Positions 48,650 to 58,351 of a stretch of 64,000 bases of DNA are shown piece after piece. The stretch comes from Podospora anserina (lineage: Eukaryota), in the NCBI GenBank assembly GCA_017654855.1, contig CM030334.1, forward strand, positions 3,968,001-4,032,000, given 5' to 3'. The notes under the pieces were generated by a model. That model was not told the origin of the DNA and did no database searches. It saw only the letters and a program-made list of their open reading frames with translations. The translations under genes and the position numbers were made by a program. The stretch's first letter is position 1. Each line of letters starts with the position of its first letter.

Positions 48650-50017
48650 TTAATCTCTGAGCCAGCCCTTGGGACCGCCCCAGGTGCCTTTAACCATATA
48701 TTTGTAGTATACCCAAGGAAAAAAGTCCTTCTTCAAGTGATAAAATGCCCGTCTCGGCACCGCCTGGTCAATCCTCAGCGCCTTTCCAAACGTCTCCTTG
48801 GGTACGCCGCCGTACTTGAACTCGGCCAGCAGCACCTTGCCGTACTCTGTCAACAGCGGGCACGATGTGTAGCCGTCATACTCCTCGTCCGCCTCCTTGC
48901 CCCTCATTGACCTCAGCACATTCTTGACCAGAACCGGCGCTTGCGCCGTGATGGCTGCGGCCGTCTTGGACGTGGGCAAACTGGAAGCATCTCCGGCACT
49001 CCACACATTCTTCCACTTTTTGTGCCGGAGCGTCTCTTCGTCGACATCGACAAACCCAGCCTCGTTGGCAAGAGGACTGGATTTGACAAAGGCGTGAGCG
49101 CCCATCTTGGGAGTGACGTGCATCAGGTCAAACTTGCGGGTGAGCTTCTGGTTCTCGCCATGGCTAAACACGGCATCGTTGCCGTTGATTTCGACCAGAT
49201 CATGCGCAAACAGTCCCTCTACTCCTCTCTCTTTCCGCAGCTTTTCCAGCACGGCAGAGTACTTGGGAACGCCAAACATGACGGGAAGACCGGTCGCGAA
49301 TGTGATGTGGATGGGCGATGACGAGGGGTTTGCTGGGTCGTAAAGACCGGATTTCTTCCAGTGATCAAGGGCAAGCCACATGATCTTTTGAGGAGCGCCG
49401 GCGCACTTGACAATACCCATCGGCTGGGTGAAAATGGCCTGGCCGCCCTTGAGAGCCTTGATGGTGCGATCCGCCTTGTCGCACGTGTCGTAGCCGTAGA
49501 TGGAGGAGACGCCCGAATCTGGGTTGGAGAGGGCATCATGAAGCCCCTTGATGCTGTTGAAGTCGACCTTGATTCCGGGCACCACGACGAGATGCTCATA
49601 GGTGAGCTTGTCACCGTTGTCGAGAGTGACAGTGTTGGAATCTGGCGAGAAGGATGACAACTCTGTATTGTAGAATCGCAGCTTGGGATCGATCAAACTC
49701 TTGAGTGGTTTCCTGAGCTGCTCCTTATTCTTGAGACCGCCGCCCACCAGGGTCCATCCGGGCTGGTAGTGATGCCATTCTGCCGGGTCGACAATCGCAA
49801 TGTCGTCTTGGGAGAATTTCCCCTTGCGCAGGAGCTGGTGGCTGATGGTCAGACCAGCTGAACCACCGCCGACAACGACGACCTTGTGATTTCTGGTGGT
49901 GGGGGTGACATTGGCGACACTCGCAAAAGTGCGCACGGCAGCCGGGGCCAGTTGCGTGATGACTGAGCGGCGGGCAGCACAGGCTGCTGTGGTGACTAAT
50001 AGTTGACTGCTGGACAT
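48650..50017 (-). CDS. SQOR: Mitochondrial sulfide:quinone oxidoreductase (SQOR/Hmt2 family)
   Basis: 455 aa. Arg/Ala/Thr-rich presequence, FAD motif 'VVVVGGGSAG', 'HHYQPGWTLVGGG'. Both catalytic Cys motifs present: 'VKCAGAPQK' and 'YDGYTSCPL'. Confidence 0.95.
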   Translation of the reverse strand: MSSSQLLVTTAACAARRSVITQLAPAAVRTFASVANVTPTTRNHKVVVVGGGSAGLTISHQLLRKGKFSQDDIAIVDPAEWHHYQPGWTLVGGGLKNKEQLRKPLKSLIDPKLRFYNTELSSFSPDSNTVTLDNGDKLTYEHLVVVPGIKVDFNSIKGLHDALSNPDSGVSSIYGYDTCDKADRTIKALKGGQAIFTQPMGIVKCAGAPQKIMWLALDHWKKSGLYDPANPSSSPIHITFATGLPVMFGVPKYSAVLEKLRKERGVEGLFAHDLVEINGNDAVFSHGENQKLTRKFDLMHVTPKMGAHAFVKSSPLANEAGFVDVDEETLRHKKWKNVWSAGDASSLPTSKTAAAITAQAPVLVKNVLRSMRGKEADEEYDGYTSCPLLTEYGKVLLAEFKYGGVPKETFGKALRIDQAVPRRAFYHLKKDFFPWVYYKYMVKGTWGGPKGWLRD

Positions 50018-50845
50018 GTTGGGATGGTGATGACGGGATGTCTGTCAAACGGAGGTCTGAGATCTCAGATCCAGGAACAGGAGAGGTGCGTGCTGAATGA
50101 GATGGAGGACAAAGAGCTGAAATGGTGTGCTCGAGCGTGAGCGAATTACCCAGCGGAGACGGCCAAATGTGGAGCAAGTCGCCGAGTCCCGGAGCTGTGA
50201 AACTTTTCTTGTCGCCGATCGAGTTGACTGCACTTGTGATGACTCGGCCACCGGGTGAGCAAGTTTCTCTTCCTCCCATGGTACTCGGTCGGCGAAAACA
50301 GACATTCCACACATCCGATGAAATTTTTCTCCCGGGCCGAGCCACCCGGTTAGTCACAGCGTTGCAATAATCGCCGTCTCTACGGCTGTCGGTGGCAGTC
50401 GGCGGCGTCGGAACTCGGCGGATGATGGGCATCGTGGTGCTGAAAAACGGTTTCTAAGGAGAAAAAGCTGAATATGGCGAGATCAATCAGTGAGTGAAGT
50501 GGCTTCTCTTTTCTTCATCATATCAACAAGCTGGCGTCGACGACGATGATTTCTTGATGTCGCCGTTGACGATGGCCGATAGACAGCGACGCCGGCAGCA
50601 CAGACCACCAGTTGCCGGGCCGCTGTAAGTCACCCGGAGGTGGTGCCACGATGGACTGACGGCGATATCACGGGCCAGGATTCCCAGCTTAACCCCCATG
50701 TTTCTTGCCTCCCGGTAATGCCCAGTAGGCCGGCGTCTGCAACATCCCTGCAACACTTGTCATACACAAAGCTTAAACAGACCGACTCCCATCCCCACTG
50801 ATCAGTGTGTTGTCCTTGCCCTCACCCACGCTCACCGAGACCACC

Positions 50846-52045
50846 ATGAACACCCTTCAGGTACAGCAATGCGTTGAAAACGCCATCAGATGCCAGGCGA
50901 CCAGCCGCCTGCTCCTCACCCCCCTGGTCATTTCTTCGCTTCGACTTCCACGCACCCAACTTTTCTACCACTCTCAACGTCGGTCTTTCCACCGAGCGGC
51001 GGCAGGGAGACCCTGTTGTCGACAATCTCAAAATCCACCTCGACTGTCTCAATGTCTACTACGCAAGACCTACTCTTCAGCTACTCCCCCTGCTCCGTCA
51101 GAACCTACCATTCATCCAGTCTTTGAACAGAGAACTGGCACTTTTCAATATCTAGTCGTCGATCCAGTGACCAAGGACGCAGTCATTATCGACCCTGTTT
51201 TGGACTACGACAAGTGCAGCACCACCATTACCACCACCACGGCTGACGGCCTCCTGTCTTTGGTCCGTGAAAAGGGATACAGGATCGTGCGCATTCTAGA
51301 GACCCACGCCCATGCCGATCACTTGACTGCTTCCTTTTACCTCCAACGGCAGCTGGTCAAGCAGCAGGACCTGAAACCCCCCGTGGGCATCGGCAAGCGG
51401 ATTGGACAGGTACAGACCTTGTTTGGGCAGAGATATGGGATCGACGCCAAAGAGTATGAAGGTGTTTTCGACAAACTGTTCGAGGACGATGAAGAGTTTT
51501 CTATTGGAACGTTAAAGGCAAAAGCCCTGCATCTTCCCGGCCACACCCCAGATCATTTGGGATACAAGATCGGAGGTCTGTCTCCTTTTCCCTTTCGACG
51601 TAAAGAACCCTGCTAACTTGGATGCCCAGACAATATTTTTTGCGGAGACTCCATCTTCCACACTGACATTGGCACGGCAAGGTGTGATTTTCCCGGCGGA
51701 TCGGCCCACGCCTTGTATCAGTCAGCCCGTAAGATCTTGTCTCTGCCTGATAATGTCAAGATCTGGACCGGGCATGACTATCCACCCGATGGTTTGAGAG
51801 AGCCTGTGCCATTTGTCACCGTTGGCGAGCACCGCCAGAAGAACAAGCACCTGAGAGATGGCGTAACTGAAGAGGAATTTGTCAAGATGAGAAAGGAAAG
51901 AGACGAGCATCTGGCTGCCCCAAGACTGCTGCATGAGAGTCTACAGGTGAATGTGAGAGCTGGAAGATTGCCAAGTCAAAACGACTCCGGCATGAGGTTG
52001 TTAAAGGTGCCTGTCAAAGTCAAGGGAGCTGGAGCATGGCAGTAG
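50846..52045 (+). CDS. Persulfide dioxygenase (metallo-beta-lactamase fold, ETHE1/Blh-like) with a mitochondrial-type presequence
   Basis: Exons 50846-51575 and 51630-52045 (GT-AG, GCTAAC branch site). Motifs 'IIDPVLDYD', 'ILETHAHADH', 'PGHTPDH', 'CGDSIF', 'GTARCDFPGG', 'GHDYPP', 'PRLLHESLQVNVRAG'. Confidence 0.92.
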
Positions 52046-52523
52046 GTGGGTGGAAATTGCAAAAGCATGACCAGGCCGACGACTTGTGTAACTCGTACTG
52101 CTACGGTCCTTTCACAGCCGTGATTGTCACTATCGGCAAGACCTCACCGTGGAGGCAGGAGAAGGTGGCGGCGTACGTGACTGCGTCCGTGGGGTTTTTG
52201 GCTCTTCTCCATGCTTGCCCATGTCTGTCTCTATCAAGAGCTTTGTTTTCTGTTCCCGGGCATGGATCATTCAGAAGATGGCATGCTGTCCCAGTCACTG
52301 GTTGAAGATGGAGGGAATATACGATTCGTAGCTTGGCTAATGGACAATTCTTTTATGGGCAATATGCTATCTAAATGTGGTATAAAACCACCTGCAATGA
52401 TGCATATTGAGTGCGCTGCGTCCTTGTGACTTTTATAAGCCGCTGATTGGAATGTTGACATGAGGACAGGTACCATCCACCTCAAGCCTACGCTGAATTC
52501 TAAATTCCTAGAGACGTAGAGAT

Positions 52524-53496
52524 CTAAATCTGGTCCTGAAAACTATCAGCCGCCGGTTGCTCGGTAGCCTTCATTGCAGCATCATGAGCATCCACGTTCC
52601 ACTCTTTCGGGATCTTCCGAAATTGAACAGCCATGTTCCTCTCCTTGGCTTTCTCAATCTCACCCAACAAAGCCTCCCATAAATCCCTGTTCGCGACGTC
52701 CCCCCCCTTGCTCGTTTTTCTATTGCTTTTCGATCCAAGTTTCGGCCCATGTGGTAGAGCCCTCAACCACATACTTGGAATTGATAGCGATGACAAGTGT
52801 GCGGAAACCTTCTTCGTTGGGTCCGAATTCAAAACGCAGGGTGGCAAGGGCAGCGCGAAGCTCCGCCCGGTTGCTGGTCTGGGAGCCATCGTCGCCAAAA
52901 GGCCACTTCCTTTCCAGGCGAGCAGAAACGATTTTTGGGTAATCCTGGTCGGGCGCGCGGGCATGTACAAGGGCCCAGCCTGCCTTTGGGTCCGGTGTGC
53001 GACGGTCGAGACATGTCCCAGCGATGAAGATCAGGGCGGTGAAGGCATCAGTCCGGTGAACGTATCTGCGAGATTGCATTTTAGCCAGCATAATATCACC
53101 CTGTTCAGGGGGGAACTTACTTGAGGAGACCATTTTTCGGCCGAAAAACCTTAAATAAGTCGGTAGGGGTTGCTGAAGCAGACGGGTGGGTAAACTCGGT
53201 AGGGAAGACAAGACCGGCGCCTTTTCTCCACTCCAATTCATTGAGTCTGGTAGCTGGATCCAACGTTCTGGGTTGTTGTTGTTGATGTTTGTCTCTGGGA
53301 AATGCTGCGGAGTTTTGGAAAAGAGGAATGTCAGGTCTTGCGGGTTGTTCAAGTGGAAATGGGTTTCTGAACAACAACCAGAGATATGGAAGCTGGGGGC
53401 AGACCTGTGGCATGCCTGCCATACGCTCAACATTGAGTGCCAGGTGTGACTGCGGTCTGATGATATGTTGTCGTAAGTAAGGTAAGAACGAGGCAT
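52524..53496 (-). pseudogene. Fungal RNase H-domain gene, degenerate
   Basis: 'QTSNRAELRAALATL', 'EGFRTLVIA', 'VANRDLWEALLGEIE', 'IPKEWN'. Catalytic motifs are altered (DGAC-like reads AGTC; TDS-like reads INS). A frameshift in an A-run at about 52722-52730 splits the domain. 5' limit uncertain. Confidence 0.78.
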
Positions 53497-53704
53497 TCGG
53501 ATCTAGCACACCAGACAGGGTCCAGTCCCACCTCTCTGGACAGATTCTCATTCAGCCATGGGTGGGTCTTTCGTTGCAAATCTTTTAGGATTACCTGCCC
53601 GGTTCTGAATGTCAAAGTATTATCATCGATTCGGGGCTTCAGCAAGGTGTCAGGGTTACCACGCGCTTTGGGCAAGCGGGAATCCACAAAGGTGTTTTCA
53701 TGCT

Positions 53705-54063
53705 TTAACGTCTGACTGCGATTCGTTGAGACTTCTTGACTATACTTTCCGTGTCTCTTCTACTGGTCTTGTCCTGGAAACCTGGTCCCTCAACAATTAT
53801 TGCACACTGAGATTCACATTCTTTTTCCATACGAGGAACAAAATCCTTGATTTTTCTACTTCTCATCTCGTAGTTGATTTTGTACCTCTCCAGCATCCCA
53901 GCTTCCACCGTTATGCCAGTATACTGCCCAGCCCAACGTCGACTCCGATCCACCTGCATGCCCTGTTTCGCGTCCATTTCACCGCCAGCTGAGATGCCAG
54001 GGAAACAAATGCTATCCAACCAGAACGTCGACGTCCCTGTAGCCAATGACAGGCTGGCAGCCT
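53705..54063 (-). pseudogene. Probable 3' part of a gene split by duplication copy 2
   Basis: The open frame (AASLSLATGTSTFWLD...) joins in frame with the ORF upstream of 57485 when the duplicated block is removed. Confidence 0.5.
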
Positions 54064-57000
54064 GCGCGAACAGTGTTGTGCTTGATCTGCATGGGGATGC
54101 TGATGATGTATGGGGAACCTTGGCGGACGTGTTTGGCCTGCTTGTGATTCTTGGTCTCTCGCAGATGGCTCAGACTTTGGATCTGACGCTCTCCCTGAAA
54201 CTCTTGGTCATACGCGGCCATTTCTTCTTGGAGGGCCTTGAACTCGGGCGAAGCAAGCCAATACTGCTCAAAGTCCTCGGGCGTCCGTAGCACCTTTTGT
54301 TCCATGCTAGGTCGAGGGATACGTTCTTCGGGATTAGTAACTAATGTTAAAAAGTTATTAGTAGTTTAACGAGGAGGGCAGAACTAGCCTTAACGCTCAA
54401 AGAAAGCTTTTACCGCATTGGTAGGGCCAAAGTAGATTTGACGGCCGGCATAAAGGACTGTTATCTTATCGAATTCGTCGTAAATAGTTTAACTGGCTTA
54501 GTATATAGCCACGGTATTTACCGAGCTAATAATATTGGAATAAAGTCGAAGGGCCTAGATAAATTTAAGGGCTAAAGTCGAGTTAAGACCTCGTATACTA
54601 TTGTCCTAAGCCGAGATGGGAGAGCCGGCTACCATTATCTCGGCAATACTGACCCTCTTTCGTTCGTCACCGGAGATACCTCGTACGTAGTCATTTCCCA
54701 CCTTAGTGTAATAGGTATAACTAAGGCCAAAAACAGCCATAACGACGCGGGCGATATACTGGTAGTATTCAGATCTCGACATGCCCTCGGCCCGGTTAGA
54801 GGGGGTACGCATTACAGCGGCGTATTTAAAGGTTTAACCGACTATAAGATAGGGAAAATACTTATCGACCTCTTAATTATATATAACTTCGCCCTTAAAC
54901 TCCTTCTTTATCTAAGCCTAAAAGGCGCTATTATAATAAATAACGGACCGCTTACCGACGTCCAAGCCGTACAGCTCTCCGCAGAGGCTCTTAAGAAAGG
55001 TGCTGCATCCTAATCCAGGACGGCCCAGAATAGCTAGAAGCTCGCTACTCTTAAATAAACCGTTAAAACTATATAAAATTTACTTCCGCTCCTTTTTATA
55101 ACTACCGAATAGTTCTCCGAATCGAAAGGGGGCGAGAAAAACTAAATCGACCGTCTTTTAAAGCTATAGAGCTAAACCCGACCTAAAAACATTTAGGTCC
55201 CGAAAAATAATACTTAGGTTAGTTACCTTATAGCCTTACTTATTAAATTATCTAACAAAATAGCGTACCTATCGCGTTATATCGAAATAATTTAATTCAG
55301 GATCTAGTATAGGGTCGTCCTTTATAGTGGGTTAACGTATATAAGATTAATGTCGAGAGAGAATAGATGCGATTCTTTAGAGTTCCGAGGTATTAGCATT
55401 AACTATAAAGGAACGACGCCTGTCCTAGTAAGGATATTAGTCAGCCAGTGTATCGCCTATCCCGATCGTACTCGCGGTACCGCTCGGTGGTCCTCCCGCT
55501 ATAGTATCGTTTCTTAGGCCTTTAGCTTAACCGGCTTTACTCGATAATACTCCTAACGACTATTCTTTACATTTTATTTATTACTCTTTTAACCGTATAT
55601 ATACCGTCTAACGGTAGAAACGTTATCTCGGCATCCTTCCGTTTCTATATTACGCTATTAGTATTGCGATATCGAATATTAGCGGAATTAACCCGGAGAT
55701 CTATAAGTAGAGCCTTAGCGATACGTTATCGACTGGAATATGTGGGGCTTAACTTCGGGATTAAACCGATACTGTTATTTCGAGAGACTATCGGTCCCTC
55801 TTTACCCTATCTTTCGGAGAAGCGAGCTACCGGCTACCTTCCTAATAACATTTTTAATATTTATTTATTATTTAGGGTTAGCGGATAAATATAACGTTTC
55901 GATAACGAACCTCTTTTATATATTAGTATAGTCTATCTCGTCTCTAGGTATATAATATTTACCTATATTAATTTATTAAGTAAATCTTAACTTTTTTTTC
56001 GTTTATTTTTATCTCGATTAAAGTATATTATGCCGGAAGGTTAAAGATACGGCTAATTAAATCTTTATTATTTTTTATTTTATTTTTTTATATTTAATAC
56101 TATCTATAATAGTAATAAGTATACTTCTTTATCCTTACATATCCTAAAAATTCAGAAGACTTTTGCTTTTAGCGAGTAAATATAGAGTTACTAGAGTCTT
56201 GCTTTAACCGTAATCTATATACCACTATTAGTAGCTTCCCCTTAACGATTAAGTTTTATATAAAACCTTTATATAAATCATTTACTTTTAAAATTATAAA
56301 TCTAGTAGCTTTTAACGACCTATCTCTCTCCTAACGAAATACTTTTTTCTATACTATTTATAAAATTATAGGACCCGCCGATTTATTTAGTTTATTCTTT
56401 ATATAAAATCTTTTTTCTAGGCCCTCCATTCTTATTTTAATTACTTATACGCCCCAAATTAAAGAATGTACTAACCTTATTATAGTAATTATATTAAATT
56501 AAAAACCGGTTATACTTAACCTTAAAGAAAACCCCCTCTCAATTAATCTGCCTTTCCTTAAAGCCGAACGTCTGCTATTATAGTGGATCTAGCATTTTAA
56601 GCTTTCTTTTTTAAAAACTAAATCGGGCTTTAGGTTTTTAGTTATTTAGTTTTATTTCTCCGTTATAGTTAGTAATACCCCGCGCCACTAATAACGTAGT
56701 AATTATTACTATAGTTATAGGATTTTAGGGAATAAGGTTAACGATCTCGCCCGGTCTAAGCAAGATCGCGGGGAATAAGCTAAGTATGCGGGGGAATATA
56801 ATGCGGGGGAGCGGGACGTGTAAACCGAGGTGGCCCGGGATTTGCATTATTATTTAAGGAATGCTAGGAAATAAACCTATATTAGTATATAGGATTAAAA
56901 GAAAGGTGGTTTACCTCCTTAGTATACTTATTTAATTGCTTACATATTACCTCTCCCACCTATTAAAATAAGTGTTCCCGGAGCTGCTCTGTCCGAAAAA

Positions 57001-57484
57001 CACGATGGCGGTTCACAGTCTGAGGAAGCAGAACGTAGCGAGATCGAGAGGACGGGAGAGTCGTTTATTTATTTGAACGAGAAGGTAATTCTCCGCAAGG
57101 TAGGTACCGAATATACCTAAGGTATGCCCGACCATTGGAAGACCCTACATACTGACTATCGACAGATGGACATTCGCTTGATTCCGATGCTTGCCCTGCT
57201 GTACCTACTCTCTTTTCTGGATCGTCAGTATCTCTTGTTTCCCCAAGTGTCCAATTCTGATCTATTTTAGGTAGTAACATTGGCAATGCCAAAATTGAAG
57301 GCCTTCAGGAAGATCTTGGCTTGACGGATGACCAATACAACTGGTGTCTCACAGCCTTTTTTTTCACCTATGCCGCATTCGAGGTTCCCAGCAACCTGAT
57401 GCTCAAAAAGATCAGGCCTTCTATCTGGTTGCCAGCCATCATGGTTGCGTGGGGCGTGGTGATGACCTTGATGGGCATCGTGCA
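54064..57484 (-). repeat. Copy 2 (inserted) of the 3,421-bp inverted duplication, RIP-mutated; carries 5' fragments of the ABC and MFS transporter genes
   Basis: The ABC fragment ends abruptly at '...KHNTVRA' (54064) and the MFS fragment at '...TLMGIV' (57484). Unrelated sequence lies on both sides. Same AT/TpA-rich RIP pattern as copy 1. Confidence 0.96.
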
Positions 57485-58139
57485 TGTTTGCAGTTGAAAG
57501 TGCAGGTTTGAGTTGGAATCCTGGTGACAACAGGAAGGAATCAGCCACAGAAGAGGCATAGGCTGCCGAAGGGATTGACGGAAATGCAGCCGTGTTGGAA
57601 CAGGCGGGGCGTTGATTGCGGTGGCTTGGTTGTTGCTGGAAAGTTGAGCCTTGTTTCAACCATTGTTCAAAGTCATCCAGCACATCTTGAAAACAGTTGA
57701 AAATGGCGGTGAAATAGGTATGGTTTGGATCACACGGGCTTGACACCTGAAGAGCCTCATCGATTTTCCCCTGAATAAACCTTTGCTGAGAAAAGAGCGT
57801 GCGTTACTCCGACACACGTTCAGCAAATTCGGATGCTTTGTCGTAATGAATACAGGGCGGCCGCTGGTGTCCTGGAAAGAGGACATCCCAGATGTGATAC
57901 CACCCCCTTGTTGCATCAAGACGGCCCTGTCCTTTCTCCTTGAGGACTGCCCATTGTTGTGGTGTTACTCGTAGAAGATCAACATCTAGGGTCAGCTGAC
58001 AGTTGGCGTGGCATACATGGTCAGGACTCGGAACAGTTTTGCAACCCAGGCTGCAAGTGGGCGCGTTGGAGGTGAGTTTGAACATCAGATACATTTCGAA
58101 GCTTTTTGTCTCGGCAGGCTTTGTGGGTGACGTGGCCAA
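57485..58139 (-). pseudogene. 5' part of a gene interrupted by duplication copy 2; conserved fungal 'WY.IWD.LFPG..RP' motif family
   Basis: 'VTPQQWAVLK...WYHIWDVLFPGHQRP'. In-frame TAA at 57806-57804, after which the same frame continues to the breakpoint (…ALSTAN). Confidence 0.6.
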
Positions 58140-58351
58140 AGTTTCACGGGTCTAGCCTAACAGACAGCCCGCTCATGGAAACCAATACAGTTTGATGATC
58201 AAAACGGACTGACCGAAACGTGCCTCACCACCAGGCCAAATCTGGAATCTAATAAACAAGGACGCAGAACAGTTGCTTCCCAAGTAAACAAGCATCAATG
58301 TTTATCCAGACACGGAAGGCTGCGGTATTACTCTCCCACGATATCCAACAT

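Noticed and set aside
38504-57484. Giant transposon or Starship with 3.4-kb terminal inverted repeats carrying DPP4/SQR/PDO
   Set aside because: The MFS and ABC genes read continuously across both ends of copy 1. There is no transposase or tyrosine-recombinase captain and no TSD around the whole unit.
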